Shown: positions 17,942 through 28,846, counted from the stretch's first letter. The stretch: 36,152 nucleotides of DNA from a virus (IMGVR_UViG_3300032255_000010:1-36152), one strand, 5' to 3'. Notes: generated from the letters alone by a model not told the origin. Made by a program: numbers and translations.

Positions 17942-19204
17942 ATGCCAAATACCATTCTTACACCGACCATGATTACACGCGAGGCTCTTCGAGTCTTGCA
18001 TCAAAAGTCTAATTTTATCGGAAACGTAAACCGTCAATATGATGACAAGTTTGCCCAAACCGGAGCAAAGGTTGGCACGTCTGTTAATGTCCGAATGCCT
18101 TCCAAGTATTCAGTCCGTACGGGTGCAACGCTTTCAACTCAAAACCATGTCGAACGGTCAACACCGCTATCGGTTTCCAGCCAATATGGGGTTGATGTGT
18201 CGTTCACTTCTGTTGAGTTAACTATGGACCTTGATTCCTTCTCGGAGCGAATCATTGAACCTGCTATGGCGCAGTTGGCTGCAAAGATTGAAGGCGCTTG
18301 TCTAGCAGACGCTTACAAATTGGTAAACAACTACACCAATGCAACTACAAATGGACTAATGACATACAAAAGGTTCCAGCAGGGCGGTTCAAATATCACA
18401 AAGAACCTTGGCCCACTTAGCCAGCGTTCAGCCATAATGAATCCAGACAGCATAGTTGAATTTATGGATGCAACTAAGGGCTTGTTCCATGCATCAAACA
18501 ACATCGAGAAACAATATCGTGAAGGTATGATGGGTCGTACAGGTGGATTTAATGTATATGAGAATACACTAATACCATCTCATACTACTGGGTCACTATC
18601 TGGCTCACCATTAACTAACGGTGCAAACCTTGGGACAAGCGCTACTACAAACACTTGGGTGTCTGAGACCGCTCTGTCTATTGATGGCGCAACGTCTACC
18701 ACAACGCTCAAGGCTGGCGACATTATTACTATCTCAGGTGTTTACGATGTCCATCCCGAAACCAAGGAGAATACTGGTAAGCTGAAAACTCACGTTGTGC
18801 AATCAGATGTAACGTTCACCAATGCAGCAACAGCATATACTGTAACGGTTAAGCCTGGACTGATGTATGGATCAGGCAATGCATATCAGAATTGCGTACT
18901 GTCAGGTGTATCGGACATGGATGGAAATGCAGTAACTCGCATTGGTGCTGCGTCAAGTGCGTTTGGTCAAGACTTGCAGTTCCACAAAGACGCATTTGTT
19001 TTTGCGACTGCTGACCTCGAGGATGTGTCCCGCTACGGTGCATGGGGTTCAAGACAATCATCTGACGGTATATCAATGCGTATTGCTAGGCAGTATGATA
19101 TTTCCAACGATGCAGTTCCTTGTCGTGTTGATGTTTTGTTCGGCTTTGCAGGGCTTTACCCAGAGCTTGCATCACGCCACTTGTATGAGCAGGATTTGCT
19201 CTAA
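17942..19204 (+). CDS. Major capsid protein, P22 coat-like
   Basis: NTILTPTMITREAL, FHKDAF, RVDVLFGF...PELA motifs. Confidence 0.92.
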   Translation: MPNTILTPTMITREALRVLHQKSNFIGNVNRQYDDKFAQTGAKVGTSVNVRMPSKYSVRTGATLSTQNHVERSTPLSVSSQYGVDVSFTSVELTMDLDSFSERIIEPAMAQLAAKIEGACLADAYKLVNNYTNATTNGLMTYKRFQQGGSNITKNLGPLSQRSAIMNPDSIVEFMDATKGLFHASNNIEKQYREGMMGRTGGFNVYENTLIPSHTTGSLSGSPLTNGANLGTSATTNTWVSETALSIDGATSTTTLKAGDIITISGVYDVHPETKENTGKLKTHVVQSDVTFTNAATAYTVTVKPGLMYGSGNAYQNCVLSGVSDMDGNAVTRIGAASSAFGQDLQFHKDAFVFATADLEDVSRYGAWGSRQSSDGISMRIARQYDISNDAVPCRVDVLFGFAGLYPELASRHLYEQDLL

Positions 19205-19211
19205 TTAATAC

Positions 19212-19233
19212 GGGGGCTTCGGCCCCCTATTTT
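19212..19233 (+). terminator. Rho-independent terminator
   Basis: GGGGGC-TTCG-GCCCCC followed by TATTTT. Confidence 0.85.
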
Positions 19234-19245
19234 AAAAGGTGATAA

Positions 19246-20016
19246 ATGACAAAGAAATTAGGCAAAAAGCGGAAAGAAAAGAGACAAGTGGTTCCTGCTA
19301 GCTGGGATGTGTATATCGCAACCCCAGCTTACGACGGCAAAGTAGATTGTGACTATTCCCAATCGTTAGCTGAATCAGCTTTTTGTTCACCGTTGTACCA
19401 GGTCAAAATGACTGCAGGAGTTATGGGAAACGGCGCGTTTATTGACTTGGCAAGAAATATTTTTGTAAAGATTTTTCTTGAAGACTTTCCAGAAGCTACG
19501 CATTTATTCTTTATAGATGCGGATCTCAAGTTCCCACCCAATGCGTTTATAGGACTGATTAGGTCGGGCAAGCCAATTTGTGCTGGCGTTTATCCGCGCA
19601 GACAATCACCACCTGACTATCCAGCCAAGTGGACACCTAACCCAGAGGTTGGCGGGTTATGGATAGAGGACGATTGGTTGATGTGCGACAGAGTACCTAC
19701 TGGCTTTCTGTGTATAACAAGAGAGGTTTTGGAGGAAATGTCGAAAGATGCAATACAGATGAATATTCATGGTCAGGAAGGCAAGGTTCCTCAGTTATTT
19801 TATACAAAGCTTGACGAAGAAGGCCGCTTTGTTGGTGAGGATTACTGTTTCTGTGATGACTATATAAAGAAATACGAGAAGCCTATCCCGGTTTGGCCTG
19901 ATATTGACTTTGTCCATGGGGGATATAAAGGTAACTACAGCAAATGGCTTAGCGAACAAATCGAAGCAGAGGAAAATAGAGTAGTCGAAATCAATCAAGA
20001 CACGAGTGCTGCATAA
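19246..20016 (+). CDS. GT-A fold (family 2-like) glycosyltransferase
   Basis: IATPAY, ARN, THLFFIDADL (DxD), TGFLCI, GEDYCFC. Confidence 0.8.
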   Translation: MTKKLGKKRKEKRQVVPASWDVYIATPAYDGKVDCDYSQSLAESAFCSPLYQVKMTAGVMGNGAFIDLARNIFVKIFLEDFPEATHLFFIDADLKFPPNAFIGLIRSGKPICAGVYPRRQSPPDYPAKWTPNPEVGGLWIEDDWLMCDRVPTGFLCITREVLEEMSKDAIQMNIHGQEGKVPQLFYTKLDEEGRFVGEDYCFCDDYIKKYEKPIPVWPDIDFVHGGYKGNYSKWLSEQIEAEENRVVEINQDTSAA

Positions 20017-20528
20017 TGGAATTGCTTATAGGGTGCGGAAACAACTTAAAGAAAAAGGTAACTTTCAATGAGATACCTTTAGAGTGGTCTGGAGAATTGA
20101 TTACACTTGACAACGACCCTACTGTTGATTGTGATGTACGGCATGACTTGAACCAGATTCCTTACCCGTTTGATGATGATATGTTTGACGAGATTCATGC
20201 CTATGAGGTTCTTGAGCATTGTGGTAGACAAGGAGATTGGAGGTTTTTCTTCGATCAATTCAGCGAATTTCACAGGATTTTAAAACCAGGTGGTTTTTTT
20301 ATAGCAACCTGCCCGATGTGGGACTCACAGTGGGCGTGGGGTGACCCAGGTCATACAAGGTTGATATGTGATGGATCGTTGACATTCTTATCACAGAAAG
20401 AATATGAGAGACAGGTAGGCGTTACAGCGATGACCGATTACCGGGGGTGGTATAAGGCAGACTTTGACCTGTTCGCTAAAGACGAAACTGATGACACGTT
20501 TGGTTTTGTATTGAGGGCTGTTAAATGA
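20016..20528 (+). CDS. Class I SAM-dependent methyltransferase-like protein
   Basis: LLIGCG, PFDDDMFDEI...VLEH, HRILKPGG, DPGH. Confidence 0.85.
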   Translation: MELLIGCGNNLKKKVTFNEIPLEWSGELITLDNDPTVDCDVRHDLNQIPYPFDDDMFDEIHAYEVLEHCGRQGDWRFFFDQFSEFHRILKPGGFFIATCPMWDSQWAWGDPGHTRLICDGSLTFLSQKEYERQVGVTAMTDYRGWYKADFDLFAKDETDDTFGFVLRAVK

Positions 20529-20932
20529 CTAACCAACAAGCAATCGATAAAGCGCTATTTATGGTCGGCATATTATCGGCAGGTGACAGTGCAAATGCGA
20601 CCGATTCAGCCGATATGCTTGATCAGTTAAACCAGATGATGGCTTCATGGACGGTTGATGATAAAGACCTTCAATTCCCGCCACAGGATACGTTAAGTGA
20701 TACTTTCCCGGTTCCTACATGGGCAGAAGAGGGTGTTATCTCTAATTTGGCAATTAGGGCAGCAGCATTATTCGAGGTTGCTGTTCCACAACAAACTGCA
20801 ATGATTGCGATGGATGGACTAAAACTGATCGCAAAAACTATTATTAATGCAAATATGAAGCCCCTTGACATGTGGCACATGCCGAGAGGTATCAGGTCAA
20901 GGTTTGACATAATCACAGGGTTTACGAGATGA
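20525..20932 (+). CDS. Head-to-tail adaptor, P22 gp4-like
   Basis: IDKAL..VGIL...LNQMMASW, NLAIR pattern; synteny. Confidence 0.75.
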   Translation: MTNQQAIDKALFMVGILSAGDSANATDSADMLDQLNQMMASWTVDDKDLQFPPQDTLSDTFPVPTWAEEGVISNLAIRAAALFEVAVPQQTAMIAMDGLKLIAKTIINANMKPLDMWHMPRGIRSRFDIITGFTR

Positions 20933-22446
20933 GAGTCCCTTTAGCAGTTGATTTGCACATTAACAAGTTTAATGGCGCTGCTATCACTGATAAAGACTCT
21001 GGTATTACCAACGGAGTTGTAGAGAAGCGTGGCGATACTTTCTACGTTACTCAAAGGCCATCTATCGATGTATTTGAAGACGCCTCTGTGACTGTCTCAG
21101 ACGCCCGTGGGCGAGCGATTTATTACTGGGATGGTAATAGCGCGTTATATTTTGCAAACAACGACACAATATACAAAACAGCATACGGAACAACAGTTGG
21201 GACAGTTTCTTCCGGGACTAAAAAATGCAAATTTCTAGTCATGGGGACAACTCTACTATTCCTTGATGCTGAAAATGACCAGGGGTTTACAATCTCAACA
21301 GGAGATGTGTTAACAGAGATTACAGATACAAACTTTCCGCCAAAACAAACACCGGCCGTTGGATTGGCATTTGGCGGAGCGGTATTAAACAATTACCTTT
21401 TTGTATTGGGTGAGAACGGTATTATATATAACTCTAATGTTGGCAATCCTACCACATGGGATGCGCTTGACTATCTTGAGGCAGAAAGGGATCCTGACGG
21501 TGGGCAATATCTTGGAAAACATCACGATAACATCGTTGTGTACGGATCAAAGACTATCGAGTTTTTCTATGATTCAGCGAATACAACAGGCAGTCCGTTA
21601 TCTCGCAGGCAGGATATATCATTCCAGATAGGGTGTAACTCAGGAGAGTCTTTATGGGAAGAGGGAGATCGTTCGTTCTTTATTGGGAATAATTTCTCCG
21701 GTGCTTTAGGCGTTTATACAATAGAAAATTTCGGGGTAAGGAAGGTGTCTAATCCGACGATTGATTCATTCCTCACACAAGCAATCATGAAAAGCAATTA
21801 TTTTGCAACTGGGAGTGGAGTAACAGCTCAGGGACATACCTATTACCTTCTGAACTTATATCTAACGCCATCAGATATCACACCATATATCACGTTAGCT
21901 TATGATGACACTACCGGCTTATGGGGTGAGTGGGAAACCACAGTGAATGGATTAACAAAATTCCCATTAATGGACTGGTCGATTAGAACAGGCGTTCTTC
22001 CACGGTATGGCGAAGGTATTATGTTTAACGGCGACATGATTACCTTAAACGATGATTTAAACCCACAAGACACGCTATTGGAATCAACTTATGTAACCAC
22101 CGGATACGTTCAAACTGGATATATATTAACTGCCGGTGAAACAGGGACTCCGATTAGTTTAAGTGTAAGAACTGGCCAATTTGACGGCGGGTCAAACGTC
22201 AAAAAAACAATGCCTGCTATCAAGCATGTTTCTGATACAACGCCAAACTCACAGGATTTAACTATTAAATGGGCGAAAGAAAATAATTCAAATTTTAGTT
22301 CAGGAGTAACGATAGATACATCTAAAAACCAAAAAGTTACCAGAGTTGGAAGTTTCAGACGGATAAATTTCGATATTAACTATGCTGGTACTGATACTAT
22401 CAGGATTGAAGCATTGGAAGGCAATCCAATACCGGGGACTAGCTAA
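20929..22446 (+). CDS. Tail hub/DNA stabilisation protein, P22 gp10-like
   Basis: AERDPD, GSKTIEFF, QIGC, QGHTYY motifs; size and synteny. Confidence 0.8.
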   Translation: MRVPLAVDLHINKFNGAAITDKDSGITNGVVEKRGDTFYVTQRPSIDVFEDASVTVSDARGRAIYYWDGNSALYFANNDTIYKTAYGTTVGTVSSGTKKCKFLVMGTTLLFLDAENDQGFTISTGDVLTEITDTNFPPKQTPAVGLAFGGAVLNNYLFVLGENGIIYNSNVGNPTTWDALDYLEAERDPDGGQYLGKHHDNIVVYGSKTIEFFYDSANTTGSPLSRRQDISFQIGCNSGESLWEEGDRSFFIGNNFSGALGVYTIENFGVRKVSNPTIDSFLTQAIMKSNYFATGSGVTAQGHTYYLLNLYLTPSDITPYITLAYDDTTGLWGEWETTVNGLTKFPLMDWSIRTGVLPRYGEGIMFNGDMITLNDDLNPQDTLLESTYVTTGYVQTGYILTAGETGTPISLSVRTGQFDGGSNVKKTMPAIKHVSDTTPNSQDLTIKWAKENNSNFSSGVTIDTSKNQKVTRVGSFRRINFDINYAGTDTIRIEALEGNPIPGTS

Positions 22447-22706
22447 TGTCATACCAACCACCTCCACAAATAAATGATTTCAACTACATCTGGAAAAAAT
22501 GGCTTTATGGTTTGTGGGATAGAGCCACAAATAGAGGACTAGACGACACAGCTAACACAACTGTTATCCAGCTTGACGATAATAACACTGCTGGTAACAC
22601 AAGATTATTGTTGTATGATGTAGATAACGCAACTGTTGAGCGTGTTTCGGTAGGTGCCCCTGATTCAGGTGGCGCGGGTTATAAAGTTTTGAGGATACCA
22701 AATTGA
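22446..22706 (+). CDS. Small tail-associated protein
   Basis: WKKWL N-terminal pattern; follows the gp10-like gene. Confidence 0.6.
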   Translation: MSYQPPPQINDFNYIWKKWLYGLWDRATNRGLDDTANTTVIQLDDNNTAGNTRLLLYDVDNATVERVSVGAPDSGGAGYKVLRIPN

Positions 22707-24337
22707 GTACATTACGAACAAGGGCAGCAAAAGGGAGTGAACTTACACACGCCGAGCTTGATGCTAATTTCAAACGAATTGTATCCGCAAAGACATCTGC
22801 GTATTCTTGTTTAATTAGTGACAATAGGAATTGGATTGTAGGTAATCATGCAACAACCCCATTTGTTATCACACTTGGCGATGCAGCGACAATGGCGGCG
22901 TCTGAAACAGGAGATTATGAGGTCACAATACATAACGTTGGGGCAGCGGTCGTTACCGTATCCCGTGCTGGAACTGACACCATCGACGGCGCGGCCACGA
23001 GTATTGCTCTCAACCAGTACGAATCAGTCACGCTAAAGGTTAATGCCACAAATAATGGTTATGAATCAATCGCTAGAGGACTTGGCGGACTAACCTCAAC
23101 TGTTGCTGAACTTAATATACTTGATGGAGTTACAGCTACGACATCCGAATTAAACTACGTTGACGGGGTAACAAGCTCTATTCAGACGCAAATCGACGGT
23201 GCCGTGAAAATTGCAGGGGCACAGACAATTACTGGCGCGAAGACGTTTACTAACGCGGTTACTGTTGAAGGAGACGGTCCGCTTATAAAACTTAGTGATA
23301 CAACTGCCGCCGCTGATGATTTTTGGGTTCATGCAAACTCAGACATATTCTACGTCTTAACAGACAGGAATGATGATGGAGCTTGGGAGACGCCGCATCC
23401 TTTGGAATTAAATAACACTACGTCAGTCGGATCATTATACGGCAGTCCGATTATAACATCAGCGTCTATCGGCTCGCAGACGGCTGGTGCTATAACCAGT
23501 CAGGGCACACTAGCAACGATGAATGCTGTGGGTCAGAATGAGTTGAAAACGTCAAACGCTGGTGAAGTATCTACGACGAGCACAAATGGTGCGACTTCTA
23601 TTTTACCTGGAGGAGCCTATGGATTCTACCCTAGACTCAGGTCGAGTTCGTCATCTGGAACTGGTTATTGGGGTAGTAATGCTGTGGCGGATACAAATTA
23701 CGTGGCATATGGTTTCGGCACTAGTTATGTTACGAGCATTCGTATTTATACAAGTAGTGGTAGTACTGCATACGCACAACAAACCTATGTGACTGCATCA
23801 CCTCCATACGATCTTGGTGACGGTGAGGCTCCATTTTTTATATTTGCAAATGTGGACTCACAGGGCAATATCGTTAGTGTATATTCTGCTGATACCCCTC
23901 CATGGATTTATAACGGGCCAACAAAAGTTACTGCTGATCGTCATGCTAAGGACGGTAAGCAATATATCAAACATAAGAATTTCTCTATGCCTGCACCTAT
24001 CAAGTCCAATTCATCAATGGCGCAAAAGGTAGCTTACAAAAAAGCTGTACTCGAAGCAAAACGCTCAGCGGTTGAGGAAGAAATAGAACTTACTCCTTTA
24101 ATGAAAAATGCGGACATGGATCTAATCCCACACCCGTTTGAAGCAAGTCCGGATTTTACACCAATTTTACTTGACCCAATGTCAAAAACCACTATTGACT
24201 TGATGGAATTGTGTGATAATGGTAATGGGGAAAGTGTTAACGAGATCATTCATGATAACTATATCAATGTTGGCAACACACCACTAGCTAGAAGTGGCCC
24301 AGCCGGACTAATGATTGTAGATGCGAAGTGGAAATAA
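22703..24337 (+). CDS. Tail fibre/receptor-binding protein
   Basis: KGSELTHAELDANF anchor, ELNILDGVT/ELNYVDGVT repeats, QTITGAKTF. Confidence 0.75.
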   Translation: MSTLRTRAAKGSELTHAELDANFKRIVSAKTSAYSCLISDNRNWIVGNHATTPFVITLGDAATMAASETGDYEVTIHNVGAAVVTVSRAGTDTIDGAATSIALNQYESVTLKVNATNNGYESIARGLGGLTSTVAELNILDGVTATTSELNYVDGVTSSIQTQIDGAVKIAGAQTITGAKTFTNAVTVEGDGPLIKLSDTTAAADDFWVHANSDIFYVLTDRNDDGAWETPHPLELNNTTSVGSLYGSPIITSASIGSQTAGAITSQGTLATMNAVGQNELKTSNAGEVSTTSTNGATSILPGGAYGFYPRLRSSSSSGTGYWGSNAVADTNYVAYGFGTSYVTSIRIYTSSGSTAYAQQTYVTASPPYDLGDGEAPFFIFANVDSQGNIVSVYSADTPPWIYNGPTKVTADRHAKDGKQYIKHKNFSMPAPIKSNSSMAQKVAYKKAVLEAKRSAVEEEIELTPLMKNADMDLIPHPFEASPDFTPILLDPMSKTTIDLMELCDNGNGESVNEIIHDNYINVGNTPLARSGPAGLMIVDAKWK

Positions 24338-24819
24338 TGGATAACAAATCAGTAACGCTAAAAAACTCAGGAATAGAATATAACATTGAGAAATATTCAT
24401 ATATTGCAGATGAGCTAAATAGCCTTGCTGAGAAGCATTACTATGAAGTTGAAGACGGTCGGATGCCGTTCAAGATTAACAAAGATGCTTACATTGAAAT
24501 TGACAGGAACGATGGTCTTTTATTAATAACTGCTAGGGATAACGGAGAGCTTATAGGGTATATACTTAATTTTATATCAAATAGTTTGCATAACGCTGAT
24601 TCATTGACATCAACTAACGATGCTATATATGTGAAGCCTGGATATAGAGGGATGGGCATATTTAAGCAACTTTTTGAAAGAATGGAGGATGAATTAAAGA
24701 TATCTGGAGTCGAGTACGTTGTTATGACAATCAAGAAGCAATTTGATATAGGTTTATACCTTGAAGAAAAAGGGTTTACTGAAATTGAACATAATTATGA
24801 GAAGTATCTAGGAGAATAA
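24337..24819 (+). CDS. GNAT-family acetyltransferase-like protein
   Basis: IYVKPGYRGMG motif A; sits before the ejection genes as in many podoviruses. Confidence 0.8.
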   Translation: MDNKSVTLKNSGIEYNIEKYSYIADELNSLAEKHYYEVEDGRMPFKINKDAYIEIDRNDGLLLITARDNGELIGYILNFISNSLHNADSLTSTNDAIYVKPGYRGMGIFKQLFERMEDELKISGVEYVVMTIKKQFDIGLYLEEKGFTEIEHNYEKYLGE

Positions 24820-24820
24820 A

Positions 24821-25768
24821 ATGGGTACAGCGGCAGCAATAGTAGGCGGCTCAGTTGTTTCAGGCATTCTAGGAAACAGCGCGGCAAATAGAGCATCAGC
24901 TGCGGCAAGTTCAGCAACTGCAGCTTCAATCGCTGAACAACGTCGTCAGTTTGATTTAAATCGCAGTGACACAGAGCCATATAGACAGTCTGGCGTTAAC
25001 GCGCTAAATGCCTATAACCAGGCTATGGGTCTTCAGGGTGAAACAGGAGTCAGACAGGAAGACGCACCATTGCCTGCGTTTCAAGACAACACAGCGCCAT
25101 TGCCAGAATTTCAATATGGAGGAATTCCATTACCAGAGTTCAACGGTGGTGATAGATTCAAATATAACCTTGAAGGAGATGCCGGGTACAGGTTTGCCCG
25201 TGATGAGGCAATCAAAGCGGCTAATAGAGGAGCTGCAACACAAGGACAATTCAATAGCGGCAATCGCCTAGCAGCAATCGCGGATCGCGTTACAGGAGTG
25301 GCACAACAGTATGCAAACGATGCATTTAACAGGCAGATGGGCGAATCAGTTGCAAACTATGGCCGAGATGTTAATGAATACAACCTTGGATATAATCGAG
25401 CGAATGATTTGTATGGTCGAGAACTAACCAAATACGGCCTTGACTACCAAAAGAATAAAGATGATTACAATAGAAACCTAACAAAATACGGATTGGACTA
25501 CCAGCAGAATCAAGATACATACGGTAGGGGTCAAAACTATCTTAACCGCCTGCAAGGATTGTCTGGCATGGGGCAGACATCAGTTTCACAGTCAGGTGCA
25601 GCAGGTGCAAACATGGCAAATAGTATCGGGAATATTTTATCTGCTAATGCTGCAGCTCAGGGAAGTGCAGCACAGAATAGATACAGCGCTATCAACAACG
25701 CTATCCAGGGCGGGGCTTCGAATTTTATGCTGTATAATTACCTTAATCCGCCAAAACCAGAGACTTAG
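24821..25768 (+). CDS. DNA ejection protein, P22 gp7-like
   Basis: Gly/Ala-rich hydrophobic N-terminus, EQRRQFD...PYRQSG..AL, GYRFA, YLNRLQGLSGMG. Confidence 0.75.
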   Translation: MGTAAAIVGGSVVSGILGNSAANRASAAASSATAASIAEQRRQFDLNRSDTEPYRQSGVNALNAYNQAMGLQGETGVRQEDAPLPAFQDNTAPLPEFQYGGIPLPEFNGGDRFKYNLEGDAGYRFARDEAIKAANRGAATQGQFNSGNRLAAIADRVTGVAQQYANDAFNRQMGESVANYGRDVNEYNLGYNRANDLYGRELTKYGLDYQKNKDDYNRNLTKYGLDYQQNQDTYGRGQNYLNRLQGLSGMGQTSVSQSGAAGANMANSIGNILSANAAAQGSAAQNRYSAINNAIQGGASNFMLYNYLNPPKPET

Positions 25769-25777
25769 GGGTATAAA

Positions 25778-26953
25778 ATGCAGGACTTCAAGCCGTTCAA
25801 TTATGGCAATGTATTAGCTATGGGCGAAAACATCAAAGGTGCCCGCCTACAAAACACCATGAGGCAGCAGCAGTTAGACCCTAACAGCCCTCAGAACCAG
25901 CTTGTACAGGAGCAATTGACCGGGGCAAGGCAAGGTAACGTCTTAGCGCAACAGCAGGGCCAGAGACAACAAACTCAGTTTGATCAACAGCAAAAAGTTG
26001 AAAAACTGAAAATGCTAAACATGGCTGCCGCTGAAAGTCTCCAGAACCCACAAGCGCTATCAAAATGGATCCCTGAACTGCAAAATATCGGTGAGCTTCC
26101 TCAAGACTTTGACGCATCAACAGTGACGCCTCAAATTCTACAGCAGATATATGATGGGACATCTGCAGCGCTTGGTATTAAACAAAAAAACATAGAATCT
26201 TATGGTGATTTTGAGCAAATACCAGGAGCATCTGAAGGAACATTGGGGCAGAAGGACTTATCATCAGGAAAGTATATAAACATACAGACAAAAAAATCGC
26301 CATTAGTAAATATTGATCAGACACAGGAGAAAGAAGAGAGCAAAGCGTGGGGCAAATCACTGGTTGCAAATTTTGATGATGTCGCTAAACGTGCTCAAGG
26401 AGCCGAGGATAGTTTGTCTAATTTGCAAATAGCATCATCTATAGATGTGTCCACAGGCGCTTTCGAGCCATCCAAGGCATGGGCGGCGGCTATTGCACAA
26501 GGGCTAGGGTTTAATCCTGAAAATATTGGGCTAGAAAAAGCTGATAATGCGCAGGCATATAAAGGCATTGTTCAGAATCTTGTCCTCACGAAAATGCAAG
26601 CTCAGAAAGGCCCGCAAACTGAGAATGACGCTAAGAGAATAGAATCAACAATAGCACAACTTGGGAATACACCAGAAGCTAAGCGGTTCTTGCTTGATTC
26701 GGCTATTGCGCTAGAAGAAAGGAAAATAGAGGAAAGGGATTTTTACCTTAATTACAAATCTGAGAACAAAAGCCTTGACGGCGCAAGGAGTGCGTGGAAT
26801 AAGTATAAGGCTAAAACGCCATTACTAGGCGATAACCCTAAAACCGGAAGACCTGTATTCTATAATCAATTCAAGCGCGCAATGCTTGAGGCTAACCCTG
26901 GCGTAACAGTAGATCAAATAAATACTATGTGGCGTAGTAAATATGGCCGATAA
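25778..26953 (+). CDS. Putative DNA ejection protein (gp20 position)
   Basis: Q-rich helical protein, KGPQTEND; synteny. Confidence 0.6.
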   Translation: MQDFKPFNYGNVLAMGENIKGARLQNTMRQQQLDPNSPQNQLVQEQLTGARQGNVLAQQQGQRQQTQFDQQQKVEKLKMLNMAAAESLQNPQALSKWIPELQNIGELPQDFDASTVTPQILQQIYDGTSAALGIKQKNIESYGDFEQIPGASEGTLGQKDLSSGKYINIQTKKSPLVNIDQTQEKEESKAWGKSLVANFDDVAKRAQGAEDSLSNLQIASSIDVSTGAFEPSKAWAAAIAQGLGFNPENIGLEKADNAQAYKGIVQNLVLTKMQAQKGPQTENDAKRIESTIAQLGNTPEAKRFLLDSAIALEERKIEERDFYLNYKSENKSLDGARSAWNKYKAKTPLLGDNPKTGRPVFYNQFKRAMLEANPGVTVDQINTMWRSKYGR

Positions 26954-28571
26954 ATTGATTGATCCGTTCGATAACGAACGACAACAGGCGACTAAAAGCA
27001 AAGTCATTGAGTCTGATATTAGTGGTCTTGTAGACCCTTTCGATACTGAGATGGTTGCTTCAGAACAAAGTCAGCAGAAAAGTCAACTGCCTGATATAAG
27101 GAAGGATGCCAAGTCGATTGTAGGCGCCGGGTTCGAGCCGTTAAGATCAGTCGTTACAGGCATGGCAGCCGAGCCATTAGCCGGTATAGCTGGCTTGGCG
27201 TCACTTCCTTTTGGATCTGGTAGGGCGACTGAGAATATTGCAGCTATTAGAGATAAGCTGACATACAAACCAGAATCTGAAGAGGGGCAAAAGGCACTTA
27301 GTGCATTTGCTGAAACGGTTGAGCCGGTTATTAGCAAGCTTTCACAGGCAGAGGAAGGTTTAGGTGATGCCGGGTATGAATCTGGCGGGCCAATCCTTGG
27401 TGCAATCGGTAAGACAGCACCAACGGCGGCATTAACAGCATTGGGACTACCAAAAGTGCGTTCTGGACTGAAATCTGCCGGAAAGACAGTTCAGAAATCA
27501 CTTGAAAAGACCAAAGTAAAAAAATTATTAGGTGAATCTACACCTTCAACTTCCGAATTAAAACAAACAGCGAGAGGTATATATCGTGAGCTTGATAACT
27601 CTGGTGCTACTATTAATTCTAGCAGCGTTAATAGGTTGGGGGGAGAACTCCAATCATTAGCAAAGAAAGAAGGTTTTAACCGTAGGATACATCCAAAAGT
27701 TAGCGCTGCACTTGATGAAATCAATGATTCAACAATAAGAAGCCTTACAGTTTCTGAAGTTGATATTTTGAGAAAAGTAACTAGAGCGTCAGCAAGGAGC
27801 TTAGACCCAGATGAGGCTCGATTAGGTTCTATACTTGTTGAGAAAATAGACGACTTTATGGACAACCTTGGGCCAAATGATTTTGTTGGCGAGAAAGCAG
27901 CTAATGTCGGCCCAAGATTCAAGGAGGCCAGACAGTTATGGAGCAGAGCTAAAAAGTCCGAGTTAATAGAAGACGCCATTGAAACAGCTAAAAACCAAGC
28001 GTCAGGATTTGAGAATGGAATAAGGGTTCAGTTTAGGTCAATCATTAATAACAAAAAGAAGAGCAGAGGGTTTAGTTCAGAAGAATTAGACGCTATGAAA
28101 AAGGTTGTTAGAGGCGGAACTGCTGAAAACATGGCTAAGGCCATTGGTAAATTTGGATTTTCCGAGGGCCAGGCTAGCGGAATGCTATTAAGCTCTCTTG
28201 GCGTAGCAGGTGGTGCTGCAATTGGCGGTGCGCCTGGAGCGGTTGCTGTTCCGCTTATAGGCCAGGTATCTAAAAGTCTTGCGCAAAAACTTACAAGAAA
28301 TAATGCCGCCGCAGCAAATCTTATTGCAAGAGCTGGTAAAGATGGATCAAAAGTAGTTGATGCTTATATAAAATCTGTTCCAAAAGCTAGCAGAAATGTT
28401 AGTGATTTAACTGAGTTGTTATTAAGACCAGAAGTAAGCATTAAAAAATTAAAAGCACTTAGTATTCCAGAAAATGCGACAGGAAACGCAAAGATTGTTG
28501 CAGATGCTGTTTATTTCGCTGCATTAATAAAATCTCAGCAAAACAAAGAAGATGACAACAGACAACAATAA
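26943..28571 (+). CDS. Putative DNA ejection protein (gp16 position)
   Basis: DPFD repeats at N-terminus; Gly/Ala-rich hydrophobic segments; synteny. Confidence 0.6.
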   Translation: MADKLIDPFDNERQQATKSKVIESDISGLVDPFDTEMVASEQSQQKSQLPDIRKDAKSIVGAGFEPLRSVVTGMAAEPLAGIAGLASLPFGSGRATENIAAIRDKLTYKPESEEGQKALSAFAETVEPVISKLSQAEEGLGDAGYESGGPILGAIGKTAPTAALTALGLPKVRSGLKSAGKTVQKSLEKTKVKKLLGESTPSTSELKQTARGIYRELDNSGATINSSSVNRLGGELQSLAKKEGFNRRIHPKVSAALDEINDSTIRSLTVSEVDILRKVTRASARSLDPDEARLGSILVEKIDDFMDNLGPNDFVGEKAANVGPRFKEARQLWSRAKKSELIEDAIETAKNQASGFENGIRVQFRSIINNKKKSRGFSSEELDAMKKVVRGGTAENMAKAIGKFGFSEGQASGMLLSSLGVAGGAAIGGAPGAVAVPLIGQVSKSLAQKLTRNNAAAANLIARAGKDGSKVVDAYIKSVPKASRNVSDLTELLLRPEVSIKKLKALSIPENATGNAKIVADAVYFAALIKSQQNKEDDNRQQ

Positions 28572-28588
28572 ATAAAAGTTTAATAAAA

Positions 28589-28846
28589 ATGTCCGATAAA
28601 GAAGAAATAAAAGAAGCCATGCGTGAAGCGCTTAATGAGTGGAATAGTATTAATTCTAAAACTCATGAAGAACATCATAAGTTTATAGATATACTAATTG
28701 TTGATGCAGAGGTTAAAAAGGAGCGCGTTGAAAAGATTAAAACTAGCATTATAGGCTGGGGGTTTATTACTGGTATAGGGTCAATTGTGGGTGGGCTGGG
28801 TTATGCAGTTACCCAGTGGGTAAAATCAACCAAAGGGGGCGGTTAG
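28589..28846 (+). CDS. Small membrane protein (possible holin or lysis regulator)
   Basis: One C-terminal hydrophobic helix; upstream of the endolysin. Confidence 0.55.
   Translation: MSDKEEIKEAMREALNEWNSINSKTHEEHHKFIDILIVDAEVKKERVEKIKTSIIGWGFITGIGSIVGGLGYAVTQWVKSTKGGG

Noticed and set aside
15284-17970. Minus-strand ORFs within the portal and scaffold genes
   Set aside because: Antisense shadows of strongly supported structural genes.
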